Part shown: piece by piece, positions 13,111-27,885 of the stretch
Layout of the letters: the number at the start of each line of letters is the position of its first letter
Position numbering within the stretch: position 1 is the first letter of the stretch
NCBI RefSeq assembly: GCF_009914755.1
Contig: NC_060926.1
Direction: 5' to 3' (one strand)
Source: the human T2T-CHM13v2.0 reference genome, Homo sapiens
DNA: 64,000 bases
Position numbers and translations under genes: made by a program
The notes under the pieces: model-generated
The model's database searches: none
Told to the model about the DNA's origin: nothing
The model's input: the letters and a program-made list of their open reading frames with translations, nothing else

Positions 13111-13849
13111 TTTAAAAATTTTTTTAAGATAAATCCCTTGCTTCAATTTTTGCCCCTTTATTCCTTCCAAACTATCCTCTTCATAGTGTGAGAGATTTTT
13201 GAGAGGCAAATATGATATATTAGATCCTTGAATCTTGAATATTCTTGAGTAATCTTGAATATACTTTTGATTCCCTACCAATTCAAATTGGCATTAGACC
13301 TTTAAGAAGCTTCCCTGAAGAATTTCTTCCCATTGTCCTCAAAACATTATACTCTGCACTAGCTATATTTAATCACTACAAACTCTCAAGCTTCTTGCAC
13401 TTGCATGTCATTAACCCACCCAATTTGGACACTCTTCTCTTTGTTTCCTATGGGAACAATTCTTGCCCATGTCTCAACACATAGCTCAACTGTCATGATA
13501 AAACCTCCTGACACCCAAATCCTTGGTTAAGGGTCTTTGCTCTGTGTACCAGGGGACCTTTGCTTGGGTTTTTCTAGGACTGACATTCAACTACTCACCC
13601 TAAGTTATGCTGATTTAAAAACTGTTGAAAGACTCCTGTACCAGCTGATAAATGACCTCCTGTACCAGCTGATAAATAGCTGTTGTACCAAACCCTGAAA
13701 GTGCCCTGTCATGGCCACACAGGCTCCCCAGGCCATGCTCTACGATACACCATAGCTCCCTTAAATCCAGAAAATGAGTAAGACTGACATGACTTCGCTC
13801 CAGTGTTACAACTGCTGAGCATTTGTATGGTCAGTACCTGCACCACGTA

Positions 13850-14060
13850 ATCAATTATTTTAACTATCACCCCGCCTCTATCATAGCATTAGGATAGTTC
13901 ACTATAAGAGCTGACATATTTGTCTATCTTCCCATAGTAGCTGTTTGCCTCGAGAAAAAGAGACCTGTTATATACATCAGTTTATGACAAGCATCTGCAG
14001 ACATGCTTAGCTAAATATAGGTAGTTGATGAATGTTTCATGAATGAATGAATGAATGAAA
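13850..14060 (+). mobile_element. L2 3' end
   Basis: Ends in the (GAAT)n tail typical of L2. Confidence 0.55.
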
Positions 14061-14202
14061 TTATATATAGCACAGTCTTCAATATGCTGGCTATACTCAA
14101 AAATGCTTCACCAAAATGCAATCATATGAAGCTTTATGGAACAGAGATAATGCATTTCCTAAAACAAACATCCAACTCACTTAAACATTTTTATTCTGAT
14201 AG

Positions 14203-14204
<2 letters not shown>

Positions 14205-14254
<50 letters not shown>

Positions 14255-14255
14255 C
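14205..14255. repeat. (TG)n(TA)n microsatellite
   Basis: Direct reading. Confidence 0.95.
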
Positions 14256-14319
14256 TGTGATATATATCAAAAAATGTGATGTGTATATATATGAATTTTT
14301 AATTAGTCAATACCGAAAC

Positions 14320-14642
14320 AAATGCTTTGTGTCAGCCCTTCCAATAGCTCCAAGACAGGTTAGAATAGACCAGAGTCCCGTGGCGGCGACACAGTCTGCC
14401 AATGATTAAAGGCTGCTGCTCTGCCGAAGAGGGGCTAGGACAAGGCAAGTAAGAATACCACAAAGTGCTCTTCCATTTTCAAGTAGGCTTTTTCTTGATA
14501 TTTGCTTGGGTGTTGTAAACCTTGGGCTGTTCTTCAGAGTTCTGACAAAGTTGGTTCTGATTGCTTCTGCTTGATTTTTGGTTTTATTGAGGGGATAAGA
14601 GCTGGGAGCTGCCTACTCTGCCATTTTCCTGACATCACTCCA
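14320..14642 (-). mobile_element. Old L1 (L1MC4/L1M4-like) 5' end fragment
   Basis: CAGAGTTCTGACAAAGTTG...GGAGCTGCCTACTCTGCCATTTT...GACATCACT resembles the reverse L1M4/L1MC 5' terminus. Confidence 0.6.
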
Positions 14643-15999
14643 GATCATGTGGTGATTATTTATGAAGCACATAATCACTGCTTCGTGATCCACAGCTTCT
14701 TTCTTCACTAGTGTCATTGCTGTGGTTCAGCATTTGTATTATACTTTATATTTCTTATGAACCTTAGAATCATTTGTGGGGGACTTTTTTAATGTTATAC
14801 ACTGGCATCTACACAAAGTCCAATAAGGTCATGTTGTAATATTTCAGAGAATTTATGAAGAAATCTTCCAGTGAGGAGCGATGACACTGTGAACCATAGC
14901 CAGTCCCCTCAATTACTGTAAGTCATTTATCACAGGTGATGAGAATGGATGGTACACTCTAAGAAACCTCTGCTTGAAATTAAATCCTGCTAATTTTCAA
15001 AAGCACAGCACAAAAATATTATAATATCTATGTGTAATACACAAATATTTGAGAATGAAAATATAAATTAAATATTTACTTGCACACAAAAATGTGGTAT
15101 TTGAATTATTTACTGTATGATTACATACCCCAAACTAATCTATGAATGTTTATATTTGTTACCTATTTCTTGAAACAAGTTGTTGTAGATACTGCCATGT
15201 ACAAGGAATTTCAATCCACTTATTTCTATCTGGTTTCACAATCCCTGGAAAGGCATCAGGAAGAAATTTTTTTAAGCCTCAAAAGTCCATGGTTATTTCT
15301 ATCTTGCACACTGTCTCATTACCAGGGTCATGCTGAGGCAAATGGATGGCACTCAGAAAGTATTTGTTGAATGAATGGATGAATAAATGAATAGAACAAT
15401 GGCTCTAAAGAGCTAAATTTTTAACAAACTTTTAACAACCACATGTTGGCCAGAGTGACAGATTAGAACCCAGAGAAGTTCCACCCTTGGGTCCAGTTTG
15501 CACTCACCAAACTTCAATGAGTACATTGGCAGAGGCAATCAAAAGTGGATAGATCATGGAGAAGGGTGAGATAACTGCCCTGAGGCATGTGGAATCTCCC
15601 ACTATAAAGCCCCATGTAAGAATGAAAAACAGTGCAGGAAAATAGAAAGAAATCCGTCAGAGAAAGAAATCCATTTCTACTTTCAGCCAAATACAATTGA
15701 AGGCAAAGTAGGAGAACTGAGATAAGGTATTCTAGTATTTCAATCACTAAAGACTGAATGTGGAGCAGGAGAAGAAATATGTGCCCCTCCAAGGGTCCCC
15801 AGACCTTCAAAGAGGACAAAGACATCCGCCATATGCAGAGGCATTGGGAGGAGAAATAAGGCTGTAAGAGATCACCAGAGGCATAGAAAGTATATTATAA
15901 ATTTATATTAAATGTATAATATTTGTGTATATAACATATGTATTAAGACATGAATTATATTGTGTATATGTGTTTTGTATGTAATATAATCAAAATACA

Positions 16000-16960
16000 A
16001 GTTACAGAAAAAGCAAAAAAAAAAAAGCTTCATGCCTCAATCAATACATGAAGGCCCAAAAGTGTTCCAGATGGTGGAATTATTAGGAAGGTATTTAAAA
16101 TAATTAAAAGAAAAATAGAAGTAGAAAATATGGGTAACACGCATGATGAAACTGGACATTAATAGAGACATAAAAATGTTAGAAGGAACCAAATGGAAAC
16201 GTTAGAAATTTAAAAAGCAATGTCAAAAATAATGGTTTGTGATTAATAGCAGGCTGAACACTACAGAGGGAAGAATACGTGACCTTGAAGACAGATAGAA
16301 AGACAATATCCTAACTGAAGAAAAAAAAAAGGTGGAGACAAAGAGCATTGAAAAAAACGAAATGAAAAATGTGAGAGCTATGGTTCAATAACAAATAGTA
16401 TAATGTATATATAGGTGGAATCCCAAAAAGAAGTAAGAGAAATAATGGGGCAGATATAAAATCAAATAGTAAATGGTAAAGAACTTTCTAAAATTGATTA
16501 AATGAAACCCACCAACAAATTCAAGAAGCTCTGTAAACTTCAAAGATATAAATGCAAAAGACATCATAATCGAAATTCTGCAAATCAAAGGTAAAAATAT
16601 CAGGCATTAAAAATTCTCAGGAAAAAAAAGTCACATGGTTTACAAGAGAGCAATAATGGAACTTCTCACAAGAAACAAAGGAGACTAGAAAATAAAACAA
16701 TGAAATATTTAAAGTAATAAATGAAAGGAAAAAACCGTCAATGTAGAATTCTATATCTGATTAAAATATTCTCCAGAACTCTTATAAAAACAAAATAAAA
16801 CCATTCTCACGGAGTCAAATCAGTTTCCTTCTTTTTTTTCAAGAAGACTTGCACAACACAGAATGTTAAACAACTTTCGAAGCTAAAAGGAAACGTCCAA
16901 ATAGGAAGAAATGAACAACACAAGAAACAATGTATATTTTAGTAAATAGAAATGCCCTTT
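16000..16960 (+). mobile_element. Old L1 (L1M4/L1ME) ORF1-region fragment
   Basis: A-rich sequence with GGAACCAAATGGAAA, GTGACCTTGAAGACAGA and GTAGAATTCTATATC ORF1-like motifs. Confidence 0.7.
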
Positions 16961-16974
16961 TGAAAGTCATTCTC

Positions 16975-17432
<458 letters not shown>

Positions 17433-18311
17433 TTAATATTAATTTTCCTAAGGTCAAGCGAAGTTAACATCACCATCTACTTGTTTTCCCCACATCCAAA
17501 ACACAGCCTTGTACACAACGTGTATGTAATACATGGTTAATTGAACATAAATAATGTTATTATGCAGTGCTTTTAGGAAACTCAATAATCCTGTTATGTA
17601 AATGTTTTTAAATAATTATCTTAAAAAGAAACATTCAATAAAGATTTTTAAAAAGCAGTGAAAATTAGTGCGATACCTACAGGTTTAGAAAAAGTGGACG
17701 AAACAATGTTTCCAAGATTAAACATACAAACAAGTTAACAATTCAGTATTATTTTCTTCCCAGATACGTGAAGACAAGTTATCTGACACTTATAGTTTGC
17801 AGTAGTCTCTTTTGTAATCTTCAGTCTCAACCAAAAACTATTCATCAAGCTCATCATGTGTATTAACGTGATTCCACACTAAATGAAAGTTCCTAGTATC
17901 ACAGTATCTAAGTATTTGGTTATCACTTTAACTGTGCTAGCACTCACTAAGAAGTCATTAGAAAATAATCCTGTGGTACAGAGAATTAGCCATTTCACAC
18001 AGATGTTTAATGGAATCCTAATCTAGATAACCAATGAGATTTGTCATGTTAGCACCCAATTCCCTTCATGGGAGCTGCTGACTTGAGAAAGAACCAGTTC
18101 CTATTCCTGGTGCTTTTCCATGCTAGCAATATCAAAATAATTATTTTGAGCCAAAATAGTCAAAAGAAATGTAAGTATTTATTCACATAATTTTATTGGT
18201 GTGACAACTATGTGCTAAAATGTACATCAAATTAGAATCAGATGACAATTTACACCATCTGCTAGACCTTCAAATTCTATCAGACCGCTGTGACTCTCAC
18301 ATGACTATTGA

Positions 18312-18719
<408 letters not shown>

Positions 18720-18739
18720 AATCAACATTTCTAAAGAAA

Positions 18740-19700
18740 CCATTTGATTGAAATATAACATTCTCAGAAAAGTGTTAAGTCATAAGTGTAGAGACCTATA
18801 GACTCTCACAAGGTAAACATACACGTCACCACCACCTACAACATCACTCTTCTTTACCAAAGTCCCCCTTTGTCCCCTTCTAGTCACTGTGTCCCACACT
18901 TTTCCATTGTTAACCACGATCCTCACTTCTACCACTCAAGGCTAATCTTATCCACTGCTGAACTTCACAGATAGAGTGGCTGTATTAGAGAGACAGACAG
19001 AAATGGAAATGGAAACCCTCTTCCCTTGCTGGGAGAAAGGTAAAATGGTTCAGTCACTATGGAAGACAGTTTAGTGGTTCCTCAGAAGTTAAACATACAA
19101 ATATCATATGGCTAATTAAGTCTACTTTTTGGTATACACCCAGTGAATTCAAAATCGATATTCAAACAAATACAGGTAGGTGCAGGTTGATAACAGGGCT
19201 ATTTATCATAGTAAAATGTGAAAAAGAAGTCCAAATGTTCATCAACTGATTAACAGATAAACAAATTGTGGTTTATTCATACAACTAAATATAATTCAGC
19301 CACACAAATGGAATAAAACACTGATAATTGCTACAATGTCAAAGATCCTCAGAAGCATTATGCCAAGTAAAAGAATCCAGACACAAAATTAATCAGCCAG
19401 TGTTAAAAATCACAAATATTTTAACCCTGGCAGATTAACTTCCAGTTTAAAGGATGCTAAAAGTTTATCAATATGGTAGGTAATCTATAGATTGAATTAT
19501 ACAGAATTGATATATTTTGGATGTTGAGTCTCCCAATACATGAACATATTATTTAGTTCTTTAACATATGCTATTTATGTTATAAAGTTTTCTGTGTAGA
19601 AATGTAGAACATTTACTTTTAGACTTACGAATTCCAAGATATCTGTGTATTCTTTTGCCTTTTATGTATGTATAAGCTTGTGTTGTAAAGTGACAGATTT
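18740..19700. mobile_element. Cluster of old L1 fragments (L1ME 3' end on -, L1MB/MC piece ~19010-19390 on +, ORF2 piece on -)
   Basis: TTGAAATATAACAT...GAAAAGTG; GGAAACCCTC...TAAAATGGTTCAGTCACTATGGAA; AATCTATAGAT...GTTGAGTCTCCCAAT. Confidence 0.6.
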
Positions 19701-19846
19701 ATTTTTTAAAAAACAGATAATTATTAAATATTTACACATGTTATTGATAACTTATTTCTAGATATATCACCAAATGGGGACTGTGATTAATAATAATGAA
19801 AAAAGTTTATACAAACACCAATATCTTTCAAAAATAGAAAATATGT

Positions 19847-20434
19847 TGAAACCATTCCTAAACACTTTATAAAATTAATCAGGAAAGAAGGGAGGGAAAG
19901 AAAGGAAAATAAACCCAGCTTGCAGCACACTCATCATCGATCACTAGGTCAGCTGCTCTGTGACCTGCTTCCTCATAGTTGTCATGCCTCTTGCCTCAGA
20001 ATCACATAGACCCTGTTACAAGATTATAGTTCCTTTTAACTGCTCTAGAGATAACAACATGAATATTATAAAATGTTTAGTTTTCCCTTTCAGGTATTCC
20101 TGCAGATCTTGCATACTGACGAAAGTACTGTCATCAGCTGTCTGAGGGACCCCAGGAAGAGCTGACTCACCAAAGAGTGCAGTTTCCACATCCTGATTAT
20201 TTTCCCTCCTTACCCTGACCAATCAACAACCTGTATTTTCCAGTCCCTTGCCCTCCATGATCCTTTTAATATCTCCAGCCCAAAACTCCCCAGGGAGATG
20301 TATTTAAAGGTGTCCTCCCATCTCCTCACTTGGCACCTTTCAATCATTAAACTTTTTCTCTGCTGCAATCCCTGCTGACACACTGTAATGGTCTGTTCCG
20401 TGCTGCAAGTATACAAACTGATTGGTCTATAACA
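19847..20434 (+). mobile_element. ERV1 solo LTR (LTR26-like)
   Basis: TG...CA termini, CTTTATAAAATTAATCAGG start, CCAAT, ATTAAA polyA signal, 4-bp near-TSD ATGT/ATGC. Confidence 0.75.
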
Positions 20435-23039
20435 ATGCAATAAATAATCAGCAAGTTGTTATTTACATCACACCATGCACAATATTCTAAATCCATTACT
20501 AGAATTTAAGAGACAGCACTACTGAACAATAGCGTAAACTAAGAAAACTCAAAAAATGAAGAAAGGAATTCTAAATGTAATCGAGCTATTAACTACAAAG
20601 TACAATCAAGAATTCTAGACTTAATTACATTTCCAAAATGAGATTGTGCTACCATATGGTTTTAAATCTGGTGGGTTCAGACAGTCTTCTGTATGTCACT
20701 TAAAACAACTTAAAAAAATACCTTTGTTTTTCCTTTTGAAGGAAAATTGAAGACCAACAATAACCATTATATTCTAGTTAACTAAGTCTTTCTTTTTTTT
20801 AGAACATATGTATTTTCTGAAAAAGATTGCTTCATAGCATACATTGAAGATAAAACACTTAGTGACATTTACTTTGTCACTAATTTCTTTGAGAGCATCA
20901 CCATGGACCAGCATAGTTTAGAATTTTAGAACAAGAAGAATCTTTGTGAATGTTCAGGGTGTTTGCTCTTCTCTTCATAATCACGGTGTTTTTCTTGACA
21001 ACTGAGAAAAGGGAAAAAGGTTGAACTTACATATGTTGTATCATAACAATTTTGAGAAAAGACATTTAATACCAGGCAGAGATAATCTCTTTTTTATAGA
21101 AAGTCAGATATTTAGAAAGCCGATAGCTTGAGACTGATATATATCAAGTATGTAATGAGGAAATGTTACATCGATTGTAAATTATCCCCAAGAGTGTGGA
21201 ATTTTCCCTCTGAAGTTCTCACTGACATGACTCACCCTGCTTTGAACCAGTATATGTACCCATTCCCTTTTCAGTGTCACCACTGCACTTTGTACTTATG
21301 TTTATTTATGCATGTAATAAATCACAAATCTGTTTACCTGTTTGTTGCTACCAGTGAATTTTGAGCAGCAGCAGGGCAGAGGGCACCTTTTGTATTAGTG
21401 CACTACCATGTATCACAGAACCTGGAACCTAGCTCAATAACTGTTTGTTGAATTCAATGGGACAGCACAGAGAACAATTCCTTTCAGTTTAGTGGGCAGT
21501 CAAATTGGAGATGATGAGAAGAAAAGGAATATTCCACTGCCGTAGCCTCATGAGGTGGTTAAGCATTGGAGGATAACTCCAGGTCAAAACACCTCTACTT
21601 GCTCAGATACATAATTTATAAAATAAAAAAGGGAAAGTTAGTTATATCCTCAGAGAGATAAAGGGAATGCATATTTTATGAATACCTACCGAGTAATTTA
21701 GATGTGAATGCATTTTTGAAAGACTCTTGTCAGAGGTTCTGGTTTTCATGAATTAATGACATCTCTTAAACATTGGTAACTAAAAGTATACCACTAGCTT
21801 TCCTTTTAGCCAGAATGTGTTTTGGTGCACTGGATATGAAACTAAGCTTACTTCAATTGTGCTAAAAGCATTGATGGTGATAGCAGAAGGTAAATACAGA
21901 GAAGATGGTGTCCTCAGGACTCACTCTCATTCACCCTGTCTTTCAGTGCTGGGTTTTTGTGAGTGGCTCAACTCTGAGGCAGAAACTCTCTTCCTGTTAA
22001 GTCCAATCATGTACCGACAATTCCGGGCTCGTACATTAATGCCAGTGGAAGAGAGAGATGCTTCGAGACAAACAGATCCACAAAAGTCCTCCTTTGGAAG
22101 CTTGGCTTCTGGTTGTGCTAGTGGCTCCTCTTGACCTATGAGCCATGGTTAACAGAATGGGACACTTTGATTGGCTAGTCTTAGTCACATGACCACAGAG
22201 GCTAACAGAGGCTCACATACGTGGCACACTAGAAGAGAGGGCCTTGAAAAAAATAGGACTCTGTTACTAGCAAAATGGATAACAGATGCTTAGATAAAAA
22301 ATCAACAGATACTCAGCAATGCTTCCTACAGGATACAATTACTAAAGAGATCCTGGTCTTTTATTTAAATATCATGTTGTTAAAATCACAGGCCATGCAT
22401 GACCCACCCTCCCTCTTCAACACCTTATGAAACCATCTCTGTAGTTGTATAAATCACCATAGTGTGGATCACTCATGTTTGAATGCATTTGCAAATGAGC
22501 TTCCCTTGGTAGGTAACACTTTTTCTGTTTCTAGGACTCAGGGTTCCCCTGTCCTCATGTAAGACTTCCTTTGACTTCCTAAGGTTGTAGTAAGTATCTC
22601 TCCATTGTATTATTATGAATCCTTACGCATATACACAACTCTAGCATCTAATATACTGCACCTAAAAATTATGTTTAATCCACTAGACTTTTAGTTCTTT
22701 GGCTGCAAAAACCGGGCCATATGCATATTTTTTCAGGGCCTATCACAAATCATAATATCGATTGCAGGTGGCATATACACTTTTCTCATCCATAGACTAA
22801 GGATAATAATATTTTACTTAAAAAGAATTTTAAAACAATTAATTATGTGTAATCATATTAAACATATTTGTCTTGCTCTTAGTCTTTTAAAGAATCAACT
22901 CTAACCTCTATAATTCCATCCTGTCTTTTTAACGCATTCTGAGTCTACAGACTTTAGAATATTAGAAATGGTAATCTATGTATATCGTCACCTCTTATGT
23001 TCTAGTACTATACTAGAATCTCCAGGACACATAACTTAA

Positions 23040-23420
23040 AGCTCACAACAGAATTTTCAAGGAAGCATCGTTACCCACAATTTCCTGATAAAGAAAGAAT
23101 AGTACTAGCATGAGAGGAGTTTTACATGCTTAGTCAGACAGAGCAAGTTTTTAATTCCAGCTCTGTAACTATTAATTTCATGACAGTGTGCAAGTGATTT
23201 AATAACTCTAAGCCTCACTTCCCTCACCTATGAAACAGAAATAAGGGTAGCACCTTTTCAATAGGTTGTTAAGGAGATTGCAAGAAGGCAATGTCATGTA
23301 TTAAATCCTCAATAAAATTAGAAATTATTATGAATAGGCAAAAGAAGTCACTGTCTCAGGTCACAGCTTGTAAGTGGCATAATTAATATTCAGACCTCAG
23401 CCTTTCTGATTCTACACCTG
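23040..23420. mobile_element. MIR (+, ~23105-23330) apparently nested in a MIR (-)
   Basis: GCAAGTGATTTAA...AGCCTCACTTCCCTCACCTATGAAA core, flanked by reverse-MIR halves (..GATAAAGAAA / AGGTCACAGCTTGTAAGTGGCA). Confidence 0.55.
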
Positions 23421-25529
23421 TGCTTCTAAGTGGAAGATTGCATTGTCTCTTATTTAAACAGCAGAAACTACAAGGAGGAGACATTCCTGCTTTATGCAGA
23501 AGCAAATAGAAAATTGTGGTGTAGAATGTATAAGACAACTCTCAGTTAACAACTAACAGTTAATTATTAGTAAATTACTTCCCAGGTAATAATTGACAAC
23601 TAACTGGGAAAACAAAAGTAAATAGAATAGCTGCTTAGATTACCAGTAAGAAAAAGTATACAATTCTGTGAATTCAAGTATGAGGAAGGGGGAGAGAGAA
23701 AAGGAAGATTAAAAGGTGCCAAATAAAGATTATTGTATATATTCTCTTTATAATTTTGTCAAAGGATGGCCCTTAAATATGGGATTTGAATCCTCCTTAG
23801 GAAACGTCACAACAGCTTACCTTTATAGACACAGCTGAACATCCACTTGGCACACACACAAACTCTTTCACTACAAATATCTACTGTACTCACCAAAAGA
23901 CCCTGCAACTCTCACACTTGACTTCCCCCCAATAAGGGTTAAGGACTGTTATAGACTTGGTTATTGAAAAGGAGTCTTGGAACTCTGCCCCTCTCCTGTC
24001 ATTCCAGAAGAAGTGCTGAATGAAGACTTTATTGGCTGGTTTTTCATCTCAGCTAACAAAGTACAACATGGCATAAAATGCACATGAGGGTCATGAGGTT
24101 ATTGAACATGTTATCAATGATCTCTTGCCCTGGCCTCCCACAGGAGGAGTGCAAAGCAAACCTGCCTCAAGGAGGCACAAAGATGACTCAAGGAAAGGCT
24201 TCAAAATAGTTTATATATAAACTTATTATAGCTCATTTCCTTTACTCCTGAAACTCAATCATTTCATATCTTCCTCTCTTCTGGTAGCTCAGAGTACAAA
24301 GTAATTCCCTGTGGACAAAGTCTGATGTTATTTAGTACTAAGCACCTATTAATAAACCACATTAGGATATATAATTGATTATCTAAACCCATTTTGGGGG
24401 TAATAAAGTTATCTACTTTTAAATGTCTTTTGGCCGAAATATGGATATAACCCAAGATTTTAATGACCCATTAGCTGCAATCATTTAAAAGTTCTGATTT
24501 TTTTCTATATCATACAAGTGAAAGGTTTTTTTAATCAATATTTTATAAATGTAGTACTTAAGACTTTGGCTGAGTTAGTTAAAAAGTGGTAGATTTGACT
24601 AATTTGAGAAGCTGGAATGAGAATATGTTGATTATAGTTCTAATATTTCTAATGTTGTCACCTATGATTGTTGCTTTTTCTCATTGAATGTGGAGTTTAC
24701 CTGGTTAAGTAAGGTAAAATGAGTCTACTTTGCTATCTTTAATTATCTGCATAACTCTTGTATTCATTGCATTCTCAAAATAGGAATGCTGTGTATTATA
24801 CATAAGTGTCTATACATAAAATGCAAACAAGTAAATAGCAAGCACACCAGATTGAGTTTCTTAGCTACCTTTTCAATTCCTAGTAAAGTCTCATCTTGGG
24901 TTCCACTGCCCTTTCTTCTACCCAACCTTCTAATTTTCACCCCTGAACCTCTACCACCGTTGCATGATGAAAAAACCCAGAGATGGGCAAGACCTCCTCC
25001 TAAGACAGGCACTGTGGATCATTGGAAGCTAATGGGCATTCTCTGAGGTATAATCAGCAGAACTTAATAAAATGAAAGCTTAACAGTGGAAAAAATGCAG
25101 GAATGAGTTCTGAAATATAATAGGAAGACAATAATAATACCATAAGTGCTTACCACATGCCATGCGCTGGAGTAAGATTAGTCCTCCCACAAACATGGCA
25201 AAGTCAAGAATATTACCTCCATTTGTCATAGGAGAGAAGCAGCTAAACACTCCACGACATGATGTACATAGCTCTGGGTTAACCTCACTAACTTCTGATG
25301 GTACAAGAACTAAATGTTAGATCTCTGTAACTCCAAAACTTAATGTCTTTCTATTATATCAGAATCTTAGTTATTAAGCTGTGTTTCTAAGAGCTCAAGG
25401 AAGCAGCAAATATTCAAAGAAGGCCACCTTCATAATAGATTGGAGTAAAGAAGAAAAAGAAATACTTAAGAAATGGGTTTTAAAGTATGGTCAGAGTTAG
25501 CTATGCTGAATAGATATTTTCTACAATAC

Positions 25530-26221
<692 letters not shown>

Positions 26222-26631
26222 CATACCATTTTAATTTCTTTTTCATTGTTTGTACTATATTTTTAGTTACCTTCATAGTGTTGTCCTGGAGATTACAATT
26301 AGCAATTTAATTTGTAACAATTTAGTTTGAATTAATGCCGTTAATTTCAATTGTACACAAAACCTTATCCCTATATAGTGCTGCATTCATTTCCTTCCTT
26401 TGTGAAGACATTGCTGTTATTATTATGTCATTGTATACATTGTATGCCCATCACCACAGATATATAATTACTGCTTTATGCAGCTTTCTTTTAAATCTAT
26501 TAATAATACCTGAATTTCTACCACTGAACCTTTATCTTTAATGTCTCTTAATAATAGGAGAACACAATGAGTTAGAAGCAAAAATACATTTATGCTGCCT
26601 TTTATACATTCATACTCTATTTACTTATGCA

Positions 26632-27885
26632 TTAAGTTGGTGCAAAAGTGATTGCAGTTTTGGATCATAAATTTTAAATCCTTATAACTAGGCTCAAACA
26701 TACCTTCATTAATCAAAATAGGAACTATTACAATCAACACATTTTTGCCAATGACAGATAAGTTTCTTTATTCCTGTAGTGTAAAAATCATTCTTCAGGA
26801 CTGAACAAATGTTTGGAATGCACTTTCTGCATCCTGCTGATTGTGGAAGCCTTTTCCCTGCAAGAAGTTGTCAAGATGCTTGAAGAAGTGATAGTTGGCA
26901 AGAGGTCCGTTGAATATGGTGGATGAGACAAAACTCTGTAGCCTTCAAAGCATTGGTTGTGCCATCTGCAGTTGAGCATTGTTGTGGAGAAGAATTGGGC
27001 CCTTTCTGTTGATCAATGCTGGCTGTAGGCATTGCAGTTTTCAGTATATCTCATCTATTTGCTGAGCCTACTTCTCAGATATAATAGTTTTGCTGGGGTT
27101 CAGAAAGTTGTAGTGGATCAGACCGGCATCAGACCACCAAACAGTGACAATGACCTTTTTTGGTGCAAGTTTGGCTTTAAGAATCGCTTTGGAGCTTCTT
27201 CTTGATCCAACCACTGAGCTGGTCATCAAAAGTTGCTGTATAAAATCCCTTTTTCATTGAATATCACAATTTGATTGAGTAACGGTTCGTTGCTATTGTG
27301 TAGAATAAGACAAGACAAAACGATATTTTTTTTCACTTAGCTCATGAAGTACCCACTTATCGAGCTTTTTCACCTTTCCAATTTGCATCAAATGTCACAG
27401 GGCCATAGAATGGTCGATGTTGAGTTCTTTGGCAAGTTCTCAGGCAGTTGTAAGAGTATCAGTTTCGATTATTGCTGTCAATTGATGTCGTTGTCAACTT
27501 CCAATCGCTGGCCACTATGCTCCTCATCACCAAGGCTCTCATCTCCTTTGCAAAACTTTTTGAACCACCACTGCACTGTATGTTTGTTAGCAGTTCCTGA
27601 GCCAAATACGTTGTTGATGTTGAGAGTTGTCTCCGCTGCTTTACAACCCATTTTGAACTCAAATAAGAAAATCACTTGAATTTACTTTTTGTCTAACATC
27701 ATTTCCATAGTCTAAAATAAACATAAAATGAACAGCAAGTAGTAAGTCACTAGGAAAAATACATAAAGTGAGAAATGTCCATTAAAATGATTTATAATAA
27801 ACCACATATATTAAAAAATGTATTCCAGTATCAAATGGCAAATTCCAATAATGAAAAAACCGCAATTACTTTTGCACTCACCTAA
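26632..27885 (-). mobile_element. Near full-length Hsmar1 mariner DNA transposon
   Basis: TIRs TTAAGTTGGTGCAAAAGTGATTGCAGTTTT and AAAACCGCAATTACTTTTGCACTCACCTAA; TA target site (right TA intact, left CA); ~1.25 kb. Confidence 0.95.
26709..27708 (-). pseudogene. Hsmar1 transposase pseudogene (family of the SETMAR transposase domain)
   Basis: ATG at 27708 (MEMMLDKK), then IFLFEFKMGCKAAETT...TVQWWFKKFCKGDESL; HPPYSTDL motif in ORF 26788..26979; disrupted by stops and frameshifts; terminal TAA at 26709. Confidence 0.93.

Noticed and set aside
26709-27708. SETMAR gene or active transposase
   Set aside because: No SET-domain exons, both TIRs present and multiple stops/frameshifts, so this is a dead Hsmar1 copy
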